Source: Actinomycetota bacterium
Lineage (GTDB): Bacteria > Actinomycetota > Acidimicrobiia > IMCC26256 > PALSA-610
Reading direction: 5' to 3'
Length of the DNA: 64,000 nucleotides
NCBI GenBank assembly: GCA_003134555.1
Contig: PLBO01000154.1
Location: 102,357-166,356 of the forward strand
The notes below the pieces were generated by a model. It made no database searches. It was not told the DNA's origin and saw nothing but the letters and a program-made list of their open reading frames with translations. Both the position numbers and the translations under genes were made by a program. This document shows positions 18,655 through 26,355 of this stretch, piece after piece. The stretch's first letter is position 1, and each line of letters starts with the position of its first letter.

Positions 18655-19620
18655 GTGCCGATCAAGACCCGAACCAGCCGACGCGCGTCGCAAGCGTGTG
18701 ACTTTGCCCCCCCGCTTGGGTCATCGGGCGCGAGCGCGTCGGCGGTTCGGCGACGTTGGATGATTGCCGGCGTCCTGTTCTGGCTCCTGTGTGCGGTGTG
18801 TGTTGCGTGGGCGTCGACTGCTGGTGCCGCGACTGGTACGGCCGCGTCGTCGTGTACGCAGTCCTTTTCGACCGTGACCGCGCCCGGCGGTGGTAACAAC
18901 TTCACGATTACTCCGACGACCGGCCATGTGTGGGAAATCACGTCGCTGCGCTACACGCTCTCGACGGGCGCTGGCGCGGGTATTCGCACTCCGTTCTTGC
19001 GGATCGTGCATAGCGCGTCGGTCGTGTGGGAGACGCCGCTTTCTCAGCAGTCGCCGTCGTCGGTGTCGGTGTTCGAGTTCCAGCAGGGGCCCGCGGCTGC
19101 GGATAACGGGATGCCGGTGGGAACCACGACGTACTACTACGGAACCGGGTTGCCGGCGATTCTGTTGTCGTCTTCAGAGAGCATGGGCAGTACGACGACG
19201 GGCCAGCTCGCGGGCGACTCGTACACGGCGATTTCGTTCTCGTACTGCGACGTGATCCACCAGTCGGTCGACGTAGCGAATAGCCCGACGGTCGGCGTGT
19301 CGGGCACGGTCCCGGTCTTGGTTTCGGGTACGCCGACGGTGAACGCTGTGCAGTCCGGTGCGTGGCCGGTCACTGTGTCTGGCGGCTCGATCACCGCGAG
19401 CGCCGGTTGCCCCGGCGCAGCTCCGACGACCAGCTCGACGGCGACGACGACGACGGTTGCACCAACGACGACGACGACGTACGGCGACACGCCGTGCGCT
19501 GTGCAACTCGCGTCGTTCTCGGGGGACGGTCAGTCGATCGTTGTCGGTTTCGGCGTCGTGATTTTCTGCGCGGTGATCGGTGTCGTGCTGCTGATGGTGC
19601 GACGACGGAGCACGATTTAA
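18655..19620 (+). CDS. secreted protein with C-terminal TM anchor (candidate minor virion/adsorption protein)
   Basis: 321 aa. Signal-peptide-like MIAGVLFWLLCAVCVAWASTAGA, a Thr-rich linker, and C-terminal IVVGFGVVIFCAVIGVVLLMVRRRSTI. Confidence 0.65.
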   Translation: MPIKTRTSRRASQACDFAPPLGSSGASASAVRRRWMIAGVLFWLLCAVCVAWASTAGAATGTAASSCTQSFSTVTAPGGGNNFTITPTTGHVWEITSLRYTLSTGAGAGIRTPFLRIVHSASVVWETPLSQQSPSSVSVFEFQQGPAAADNGMPVGTTTYYYGTGLPAILLSSSESMGSTTTGQLAGDSYTAISFSYCDVIHQSVDVANSPTVGVSGTVPVLVSGTPTVNAVQSGAWPVTVSGGSITASAGCPGAAPTTSSTATTTTVAPTTTTTYGDTPCAVQLASFSGDGQSIVVGFGVVIFCAVIGVVLLMVRRRSTI

Positions 19621-19713
19621 ATGGCGGGCTTCGCGGCGCCGTTCTTGATGTGTGGCGGGACGCTCGCGTGTATCGCGTTGGTTACGGAAGTTGTTCGGAA
19701 GGCGACACGGTGA
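19621..19713 (+). CDS. 30-aa single-TM peptide (pVII/pIX-like position)
   Basis: Below the ORF-track size cutoff. The ATG immediately follows the upstream TAA. Translation is MAGFAAPFLMCGGTLACIALVTEVVRKATR. Its stop overlaps the next GTG (GTGA). Confidence 0.45.
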   Translation: MAGFAAPFLMCGGTLACIALVTEVVRKATR

Positions 19714-19793
19714 CGGACCCGGCGTGGTTGGTGAACTGCGCGGCTGTTGGTCTGTGTGTTGGCGCTGTCCTCGCACTCTTGCAGTTGATCTAG
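19710..19793 (+). CDS. 27-aa single-TM peptide (pVII/pIX-like position)
   Basis: VTDPAWLVNCAAVGLCVGAVLALLQLI, GTGA-coupled to the previous peptide. It ends 8 nt before the coat-like gene. Confidence 0.45.
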   Translation: MTDPAWLVNCAAVGLCVGAVLALLQLI

Positions 19794-19800
19794 GAGGGAG

Positions 19801-20043
19801 GTGATTATTTTGAATCAACTCACGAAGAGCTACATCGCAATGGGCGGCATCCTCGCGGCTGTCGTCGCGTTCGCCCTTGCGGTCGACCCGACTCCCGACG
19901 CCATCGCCGCTACTGGCGCGACCGCGACGGTGACGGCGTTGCTGACGACCCTGAACACGGTTTGGCCCATCCTGGTCCCCGTGTTCGCGGCGCTCATCGC
20001 AATCGGACTGGTCATCCGTGTGACCAAGCGCGCCGCCAAGTAG
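19801..20043 (+). CDS. pVIII-like major coat protein candidate
   Basis: GGAGGGAGG lies directly upstream. The start could be the GTG at 19801, the TTG at 19810 or the ATG at 19840. Signal peptide ...AAVVAFALA. The predicted mature part VDPTPDAIAATG...WPILVPVFAALIAIGLVIRVTKRAAK has an acidic N-terminus, a hydrophobic core and a basic C-terminus, as inovirus major coat proteins do. Confidence 0.65.
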   Translation: MIILNQLTKSYIAMGGILAAVVAFALAVDPTPDAIAATGATATVTALLTTLNTVWPILVPVFAALIAIGLVIRVTKRAAK

Positions 20044-20072
20044 GGGCGCTATATCGACGCAGGAGAACGAAC

Positions 20073-21857
20073 GTGCACAATTTCAGACACTCCCGGCCTT
20101 CCCAGTTGGTAGCGGTCTGTGCGAGCGCGTTCGTTCTCCTGTTGTCGTTGGCGGTCGCGACCGCGCCAGAAGCGGCTGCTGCTACTGCGAGCGGTTCCAT
20201 TCCGTCGTGGCCCTGGACGCCTGGTTCTACGGCGGGTTGTTCGGGGGGGTGTACGGCGAACGGCGCCCCGATTGGCGCAGCTTGCACCCTGGATTTTTGG
20301 TCGACGGACAACACCGCGGGCACCGTGTCGGAAACGGTGCAATGGGACAACACCCACGACGCGTTCGCGGGTTACGCGTGCGACATCATTGGTCCGCCGA
20401 ACGTGACGATGACGGGCGGCGCCGCGGTGACCGATTCGCATAGCCCTCCGTACTGTCCGGCGAATCCGTTCCCCATGATCAACGAGTCGGTGTGGAGTTC
20501 GGGCAAGTCGTTGAACGCGCCGCTGTACGGGCCGCCGTGCATGGGATCGGGCACCTACGGTGCGATTGGCGAGGTCGGGCAGTCTCAGAGCGTGCAGTTG
20601 CTGTCGGGCCATTACAACGGGACCACCTCGGCGTGGTATCGGGTGTCGGGAGAGATCGACTCTCAAGCGACGTGTCAACCGGGCGGGTCGGGGAGTAGTA
20701 CGTACTGCAACGGTTCGCCTGGTGGTGTCAGCTGGACGGCTCCGTCTTTGGTGTCTGGGACGATGTGCGCGAGTGCGCCGGGTAGCTCGGTGCTGAACAT
20801 TTTCATGGCGACCGGTTCGACGAACGACGTGAACGCGTTGTGTACGACGGTGACCGCGGCTTCGCAAGGGTACGGAGCGCCGACGAATGCACCAGCTCGG
20901 CCCGACGGGTCCGGCCCCGCTAATACGACGGGAACTTGTCATGTGGGGACTGTGACGGTGACGGTCCCATCGGGCGACGTGACCGCCACGAACGGGCCCG
21001 CAACGACTAATAGCGCGTTCGCGATGCTGTCGGGCGACACGGTAACGGCGACGTCCTCTATGACGTGGAGCGGCGGAAACTCGCCGGGAGCGTGGATGCA
21101 CGTTCGGTCAACCGATGGAAGTGTTGATGACACGGTCGCGTTGACGGTCGGCGCAAGTTCGCCATCGTCGTTGACGGGTAGCTTCACTGCGACGAAGAAC
21201 ACCTTTTATCGACTCGCGGTCGGGTGCAGCATGGGCGCCGTCGACCTGAACCAACAGAACTACGACGGCACGACGGAAACGAACACCGTTCCGGGCGGCG
21301 GGCCGATCGACACGTGTCTCATCAACTGCGGGTCGACGCAGCCAGGCACGGGTCCGGCGCTGGCTTGCTTCAATGGGTTCTTCACTCGCCTGAATCTGTT
21401 TGGCTTCGACGTTTTCCCCTGGGTGAATATCACGCAGGGGCCGTCTGACGTGCTCTGCTTCGCGCAGGCGATCACGGTGGGCACGGCGGGCGATTGGCAG
21501 GCGCAGTTCGCGACGATGCGCAGCGATTTCTCCGCTTCGCCGCTCGGCGATTATGTGAACTGGATGCAAGTGCCATTCAACGCGTGGGGCACGTTCACTG
21601 CGTCCTACTCGGCCGGCTCGGCAGGCTGCGCGGGCCCAACGATGAACATGCCCTTGATCGATACGGTGGGCTTCCATACCCATACGACCGCGATCAATCC
21701 GTTCTCGACGTGTGACTCCAACATCGCGACGGGCGCAACGCTTGTGCGGGACGCGTTCACGATCGGACTGTGGATCGGGTTTTGCTGGTTCGCGATCGGG
21801 GTGCTGTCGGCCGCGTTCGCGTTTAGCCCGCTGCGAGGTCAGGGGCCGGAATCGTGA
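20073..21857 (+). CDS. large secreted Cys-rich protein with C-terminal TM anchor (pIII-like adsorption protein candidate)
   Basis: GTG at 20073 with AGGAGA six nt upstream. Signal peptide LVAVCASAFVLLLSLAVATAPEAAA. 594 aa ending in the hydrophobic FTIGLWIGFCWFAIGVLSAAFAF. Confidence 0.65.
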   Translation: MHNFRHSRPSQLVAVCASAFVLLLSLAVATAPEAAAATASGSIPSWPWTPGSTAGCSGGCTANGAPIGAACTLDFWSTDNTAGTVSETVQWDNTHDAFAGYACDIIGPPNVTMTGGAAVTDSHSPPYCPANPFPMINESVWSSGKSLNAPLYGPPCMGSGTYGAIGEVGQSQSVQLLSGHYNGTTSAWYRVSGEIDSQATCQPGGSGSSTYCNGSPGGVSWTAPSLVSGTMCASAPGSSVLNIFMATGSTNDVNALCTTVTAASQGYGAPTNAPARPDGSGPANTTGTCHVGTVTVTVPSGDVTATNGPATTNSAFAMLSGDTVTATSSMTWSGGNSPGAWMHVRSTDGSVDDTVALTVGASSPSSLTGSFTATKNTFYRLAVGCSMGAVDLNQQNYDGTTETNTVPGGGPIDTCLINCGSTQPGTGPALACFNGFFTRLNLFGFDVFPWVNITQGPSDVLCFAQAITVGTAGDWQAQFATMRSDFSASPLGDYVNWMQVPFNAWGTFTASYSAGSAGCAGPTMNMPLIDTVGFHTHTTAINPFSTCDSNIATGATLVRDAFTIGLWIGFCWFAIGVLSAAFAFSPLRGQGPES

Positions 21858-22141
21858 TCCTGCTCTTTTCGGCTGGCCTGTTTTGGTCGTTGTTCATGAG
21901 CGTTGTCAATCTGTTGCCACGTTGGACGGTCCCCGCGGGTGTGGCGTCGGGCGGGTCAACGTGGTCCGGGCTGAGCAACATCGCGTCGAACGCTGGCTCT
22001 ATGTCCGCGTGGGTGGATTTCACGCAAGTTGCGGTGATCGTGACCGCGATGGGGACCGTTGTGGGGGTTGCCGCGGTGATCTGGCTGACGCGTCGATTGA
22101 TCGTGTTGTTGCCGTTCGTCGGCAAGGTCGGGGAGGACTAG
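21854..22141 (+). CDS. multi-TM small protein (pVI-like position)
   Basis: 95 aa. The start overlaps the upstream stop (GTGA). It has two or three hydrophobic segments. Confidence 0.55.
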   Translation: MILLFSAGLFWSLFMSVVNLLPRWTVPAGVASGGSTWSGLSNIASNAGSMSAWVDFTQVAVIVTAMGTVVGVAAVIWLTRRLIVLLPFVGKVGED

Positions 22142-22146
22142 CGGCA

Positions 22147-22293
22147 ATGGGCGCAGAGGTGATCGGTGCCGTGCTTGGTGTGTTGGTGTTCTCGTGGTGG
22201 CGTGCTCGGCGCCGGCACGGAAAGCAGGAGGACAAGCGCGCCGCGCCGGGCGATTCGACGGAGCGGGCGCAGTTCCCGCGGTGGCCCCGATGA
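22147..22293 (+). CDS. 48-aa single-TM peptide (hypothetical)
   Basis: MGAEVIGAVLGVLVFSWWRARRRHGKQ.... Its stop overlaps the next ATG (ATGA). Below the track cutoff as an independent ORF. Confidence 0.4.
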   Translation: MGAEVIGAVLGVLVFSWWRARRRHGKQEDKRAAPGDSTERAQFPRWPR

Positions 22294-22604
22294 GCGTGCG
22301 GTATCGGACGCACACACACTCAGGGTTCTACGACCGCTACATGCAGAGTCGAGCGTGGCGACGTAAGCGGCGGCGCAAGCTGCGGCGGACGGGTGGACGC
22401 TGCGAGGCCTGCGGGTTGCGGGGGAGGCTTGAAGTTCATCACCGGACCTACGAACGGCTCGGACACGAACGTATGGGCGACCTGCGCGTGGTCTGCGTTC
22501 ATCATCACGCGTCGATCACTCGGAAGCACGACCAAGGGATGCCACTCGCAGCCGCGACGGACGCGGTCGTCACGCGCCCGGTGGTGCATTGGTGGGACCG
22601 ATGA
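22290..22604 (+). CDS. small HNH endonuclease-like protein
   Basis: 104 aa. The segment RCEACGLRGRLEVHHRTYERLGHERMGDLRVVCVHHHASI shows a CxxC...HH...H-x-H pattern typical of short phage HNH proteins. Confidence 0.7.
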   Translation: MSVRYRTHTHSGFYDRYMQSRAWRRKRRRKLRRTGGRCEACGLRGRLEVHHRTYERLGHERMGDLRVVCVHHHASITRKHDQGMPLAAATDAVVTRPVVHWWDR

Positions 22605-22774
22605 TCTCCGTGTTGTATTTCCCGCTCGCGCTCGGCGCGTTCCGCGCGGTTGTGGTGGCTGCGCTGGTGTGGGGTGTCTTCGCGATCGGCGGCTGGTACG
22701 TCGCCGCTCACGATCGTGGGTATTGGCGCGGTTGGGCGGACCGGGCCGATGACGTGCGGGGAAAACGACGATGA
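22601..22774 (+). CDS. small two-TM membrane protein (hypothetical)
   Basis: The ATG at 22601 overlaps the HNH stop (ATGA). Translation begins MISVLYFPLALGAFRAVVVAALVWGVFAIGGWYVAA.... Confidence 0.45.
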   Translation: MISVLYFPLALGAFRAVVVAALVWGVFAIGGWYVAAHDRGYWRGWADRADDVRGKRR

Positions 22775-22786
22775 CGGCGGGTCTCG

Positions 22787-23632
22787 ATGGGTAACTCGAT
22801 TCGCGGTTACGTCGGTAAGAACGGCGGCGGTAAGACGTTGGCGATGATCGAGGAAGTGGCGTTGCCGTCACTGGCTCGGGGCCGGCCGGTGTATTCGACG
22901 GTGCGCGTGGGAAGCCCGGACGGGACCGATTGGTTCGAGAACTGCTACCCGTTGGTGAACCTCGCGCAGCTGCTTACGGTCGAGCGGTGTGCGGTCCTGA
23001 TTGACGAGATCACTTCGTCTTTCCCGGCGCGCCAGGCGATGGTGTTGCCCCCCGATGCGCAGCGTTTGTCGAACCAGCTCCGGAAGGGCGATATCGAGTT
23101 CGCTTGGACGGCGCCTAACTGGATGCGTGCGGACAAGATGTTCCGAGAGGTGACCCAAGAGGTCACGGTCTGTCGGTCGATGGTGTCGAGCCGTTACGTG
23201 CGCAGCGCGGAGACTGGCAAGGTCGCGCGCTACGACGAGGACGGTCAGTTCTCGTCGCCGATGTTCCCGCTGCTCGACGGCAAGCCGGGCGGTCGTGTCC
23301 GTTGGCCCAACTCGTGGCCGGCCAGGGAGCTGTTCCGGTTCAAGACGTACAACGCCGAAGATTTCGAGGAATTCTCTCTTCACACTCAGAATCGGGTGAA
23401 GGCGATCCGGAAGCGTTGGTATGTCCGTCGCCGTCATAAGGCGTGGAAGTCGTACAGCACTCTCGAAGAGGTCGTGCTGCTCGCTCACCTGGATGAGTCG
23501 GGCATCTGCGTTGCTTGTGGTGGGACACGAACGCGACCGAAGTGTGTGTGCCCGCGACCGGATGGGCGGGGCCGAGAGGTGCGCGTCAGCGCGCCGGCCG
23601 GCGCCGCGCTTCGCTCGGAGGCCGACGCGTGA
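22787..23632 (+). CDS. Zot/pI-like P-loop morphogenesis ATPase
   Basis: 281 aa. Walker A GKNGGGKT at residues 10-17 and Walker B AVLIDEI about 60 residues later, the layout of Zot/pI N-terminal domains. The C-terminus has CVACGG...KCVCP instead of a TM helix. Confidence 0.7.
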   Translation: MGNSIRGYVGKNGGGKTLAMIEEVALPSLARGRPVYSTVRVGSPDGTDWFENCYPLVNLAQLLTVERCAVLIDEITSSFPARQAMVLPPDAQRLSNQLRKGDIEFAWTAPNWMRADKMFREVTQEVTVCRSMVSSRYVRSAETGKVARYDEDGQFSSPMFPLLDGKPGGRVRWPNSWPARELFRFKTYNAEDFEEFSLHTQNRVKAIRKRWYVRRRHKAWKSYSTLEEVVLLAHLDESGICVACGGTRTRPKCVCPRPDGRGREVRVSAPAGAALRSEADA

Positions 23633-23730
23633 GCTCGCACTCGTACTACGACGTTCGGCTGTTGTTCTCGGCTGGGTTCTTGGTGTTGGCACTCGTGCGA
23701 GTTCGTCACTATCGGAGGTCGCGTAGGTGA
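23629..23730 (+). CDS. 33-aa single-TM peptide (hypothetical)
   Basis: The GTG overlaps the ATPase stop (GTGA). Translation is VSSHSYYDVRLLFSAGFLVLALVRVRHYRRSRR. Confidence 0.4.
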   Translation: MSSHSYYDVRLLFSAGFLVLALVRVRHYRRSRR

Positions 23731-24260
23731 TGGTGTTCTTGTTGGTGCCGATACTCGTAGTGGCGTGTTGGCTGGTCGCGCCGGGCGCACGTGCGCGCAT
23801 GGCCGCGAGGTTCACGGCTGCGAGTCCACCGAGCGTGACGTTGACCGCGGTGTGCGGTGTGGTTGGTGCTGCGTTGGCGCAGACGGCGCCGCGCGAGAAC
23901 GTGGCCGCGTGGGTCGTGTTCACTGCCGGCGAGCTGCTGGTGATCGTGTGGGCGTTGTACGTGTCTCGCCAGGTCGACGGGTTGGTGCTCGTGGCGATGG
24001 GCACGGCCGTGAATCTGTTGGTTGTGGTGGCGAATCGTGGGATGCCTGTGCCGTTGGGTCACCCGGCGCCGGCGCAGTTCTTGCATCACGTCACGACGAG
24101 CGCCGACCGGTTGTTGTGGCTGTCGGATCGGTTCCACGTTGGGTCCGGTGTGTTTGGTGGCTGGTACTCGATCGGCGACGTGATCGTGCTGGTTGGCATG
24201 GGCGTGGTGGTCGCGCAGCTCGCGTGGCGCGACCGTCAGAGAGTGCCGGCGTCGTCGTAA
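23727..24260 (+). CDS. polytopic membrane protein, DUF5317-like
   Basis: 177 aa with about 5 TM segments. VVANRGMPV and YSIGDVIVLVG resemble motifs I recall for DUF5317. The family call is tentative. Confidence 0.6.
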   Translation: MMVFLLVPILVVACWLVAPGARARMAARFTAASPPSVTLTAVCGVVGAALAQTAPRENVAAWVVFTAGELLVIVWALYVSRQVDGLVLVAMGTAVNLLVVVANRGMPVPLGHPAPAQFLHHVTTSADRLLWLSDRFHVGSGVFGGWYSIGDVIVLVGMGVVVAQLAWRDRQRVPASS

Positions 24261-24269
24261 CCGAAAAGG

Positions 24270-24303
24270 GGCCCGACGCGAGGTTGCACCCTCGCGCCGG
24301 GCC
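24270..24303 (+). other. GC-rich stem-loop between the membrane-protein gene and rep
   Basis: GGCCCGACGCGAGG-ttgcac-CCTCGCGCCGGGCC forms 13 bp with one A/C mismatch. It could be a terminator or part of a replication or packaging signal. Confidence 0.45.
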
Positions 24304-24314
24304 AGTTCTGCACC

Positions 24315-25622
24315 TTGGGAGATGCGTTGCAAACGATAGCGGGGGCCGACGAGGAACGATCACGCGCACGCCGCGACGTTCGTTACGTCCAGCTCGAGCT
24401 GCTCAATTCCCTGTCGACGCTCCGCCGACTGCATGGCTGCCTCAACGGCCGGGCCAGCGCGGATCATGGCGTGTCGATCGTCCGCAAGGGTCCGCGAGCC
24501 CACTTCCGCAACGTCCGGACCTGCGCGAGCGTCCACGCCTGCCCGTGCTGCGCGTCGAAGATCCGCAACGGGCGAGCCGGCGAGATCGAGCAGGCGGTCA
24601 CCGCGCACCTCGCGGCCGGCGGCGGTGTCCTGTTCGCGACGTTCACGCTGCCCCATGACGTGGGCGACCGGCTCGCGGCGCTGTTGCGGGCTGTGACGAC
24701 CGCCTACACCGCGATGGTGTCCGGTGCCGCAGCGTCGGCGGAACGCACCTTGTACGGCGTCGAGGGCTCTATCCGGGCCTTGGAGGTCAACCACGGTCCC
24801 AACGGCTGGCACCCCCACCATCACGTGCTCTTCCTGACGGCGCGACCGCTGCGGTATAAGGCGCGCAAGGCGTTTGAACGGTCGATGTGGTTGCGTTGGC
24901 GGCATCAGATCGTGAAGGCCGGCTACCGGCCACCCTCGGCGCAGAACGGTTGCGACGTGCGCCCGGTGTGGGGTGCAGCCGGTATTGCTGACTACACCGC
25001 GAAGGTCTACGACGAGCGGCGCGTCGGCTTGGAGCTCGCACGGTCGGACTTGAAGTCGGGTCGGTTCACTGAACATCGGTCAGCGTGGGCGGTCCTTGGT
25101 GATCTCGCCGCGCACGGCGACGTCGAGGACCTGGCGTTGTGGTGGGAGTATGAACGGGCGACCAAGGGTCAGCGCGCTGTGCGGTGGTCGAAGGGGCTCA
25201 AGGCTCGATACGGCGTGCAGCTCGTGACTGATGCGGCGCACGCTGCCGAAGAGGTCGGCGGGGTTGTGGTCGCGGTGATCTCGGGGGAGTTGTGGCCGGC
25301 GGTGTGTCGTATGCGTGGCGCTCGGCTTGGCTTGTTGCGAATGGCCGAGGTTGACGATGATCCAGAGGCGGTGAACGAGTATCTGGCTCGCATCGAGGTC
25401 GAGGCTTTCGGCGATTCGATTCCACCAGGGGGCCCGCCGATCGACGCGGACGCGCAAGAGCGGCGAGCCACGGAAATGCAGCTCGCCGCTCGGCGCCTTG
25501 GGAGGTCAGTCGTTGTCGAAGGGCTTGGTGCTGTCGCTGACGGCGCGTTCGGCCTGCCACTGTGCTCGTCCTCTGCGCAGCGATCGCCAGAGCATCTGCT
25601 CGGTGACGTTCCAATCCACTGA
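24315..25622 (+). CDS. rep: rolling-circle replication initiator, RepSA/pIJ101-type
   Basis: 435 aa with TTG start (uncertain). Motifs: VRTCASVHACPCCASKIRNGRAGEI, HUH-like WHPHHHVLFL, and the Tyr motif IADYTAKVY. Confidence 0.8.
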   Translation: MGDALQTIAGADEERSRARRDVRYVQLELLNSLSTLRRLHGCLNGRASADHGVSIVRKGPRAHFRNVRTCASVHACPCCASKIRNGRAGEIEQAVTAHLAAGGGVLFATFTLPHDVGDRLAALLRAVTTAYTAMVSGAAASAERTLYGVEGSIRALEVNHGPNGWHPHHHVLFLTARPLRYKARKAFERSMWLRWRHQIVKAGYRPPSAQNGCDVRPVWGAAGIADYTAKVYDERRVGLELARSDLKSGRFTEHRSAWAVLGDLAAHGDVEDLALWWEYERATKGQRAVRWSKGLKARYGVQLVTDAAHAAEEVGGVVVAVISGELWPAVCRMRGARLGLLRMAEVDDDPEAVNEYLARIEVEAFGDSIPPGGPPIDADAQERRATEMQLAARRLGRSVVVEGLGAVADGAFGLPLCSSSAQRSPEHLLGDVPIH

Positions 25623-25775
25623 ACAGCGTTGGATGAAGTGCGTGCGCTCGTCTTGTGGCTGTTGCTCGTAGACGCGGGCAAAGACCATCGCTCCGTAGCG
25701 ATCGCGCAGCACGAGGCCCATATCGGCGTGGCCGGTGGCGATCTCGCGCGCCCGGCGAGCGTCGTGGGCGCTCAT
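25506..25775 (-). CDS. hypothetical protein (third gene of the reverse-strand trio)
   Basis: 89 aa. The ATG overlaps the upstream stop (ATGA), with GGAGG seven nt upstream. The 3' end overlaps the rep 3' end convergently by 117 nt. Confidence 0.55.
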   Translation of the reverse strand: MSAHDARRAREIATGHADMGLVLRDRYGAMVFARVYEQQPQDERTHFIQRCSVDWNVTEQMLWRSLRRGRAQWQAERAVSDSTKPFDND

Positions 25776-26035
25776 GGCGTCACCTCCGCGGGAATGTTGA
25801 AGCTGAGCTGCGTTTCGAGCGTGAACTCCATCACTTCCCCTTGGTGCGATAGACGCCAGTGACCCATCGCGTAGTCGATGGCTTGCTGCTCGTTCTCGGC
25901 TTCGACGCACCAGGGCGCCGGCCGCTCTACGTCGATCGCTTCGCACGTCACGCAGCTCGTCCACCAGCCGGTGACGACGATCGGTTCGAACGGCCGCAAC
26001 GGGTACGGGTTGATGTTGGTGACGACGACGCGCAT
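25772..26035 (-). CDS. hypothetical protein (second gene of the reverse-strand trio)
   Basis: 87 aa beginning MRVVVTNINPYPLRPFEPIVVTGWW.... The start overlaps the upstream TAA (TAATG). The longer track ORF 25772..26782 is upstream junk. Confidence 0.55.
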   Translation of the reverse strand: MRVVVTNINPYPLRPFEPIVVTGWWTSCVTCEAIDVERPAPWCVEAENEQQAIDYAMGHWRLSHQGEVMEFTLETQLSFNIPAEVTP

Positions 26036-26220
26036 TACCGCAGCGCCTGTCGGAGTGCTTCCGTCAACGCGATCGCCTCGGGGAGCGTGAGTTGAATGTT
26101 GAGCGATGTTGCGAGGGTTGTGCCGGCGTAGACGCCGAGGCTGGCACCGTTCGTACCGTGCGTGTTGACGACCAGAGTCGAGGCACCGTGGTCGAAGGGG
26201 ATTCGTACACTGACTGTCAT
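26035..26220 (-). CDS. hypothetical protein (first gene of the reverse-strand trio)
   Basis: 61 aa. GGGAGG lies seven nt upstream of the ATG (reverse complement of 26221-26237). Confidence 0.6.
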   Translation of the reverse strand: MTVSVRIPFDHGASTLVVNTHGTNGASLGVYAGTTLATSLNIQLTLPEAIALTEALRQALR

Positions 26221-26241
26221 TGCAAACCTCCCAAGGTTGTT

Positions 26242-26355
26242 GGCACTGTGCCGTGCCGGGGCATCCCGGCTTGCCGGGACGGATGCGCAGTCGGGAGCGT
26301 TCTGTCAAGGGTCGGCGCAGCCGAAAAACCGGAACGGTTTTCGTGCCCTTGACAG
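26242..26355. promoter_or_regulatory. cluster of four palindromes in the divergent intergenic region
   Basis: GGCACTGTGCC (26242-26252) and CCCGGCTTGCCGGG (26265-26278). CTGTCAAGGG (26302-26311) pairs with CCCTTGACAG (26346-26355) and encloses AAAACCG-gaa-CGGTTTT (26325-26341). The outer repeat contains TTGACA in both orientations. Confidence 0.45.
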
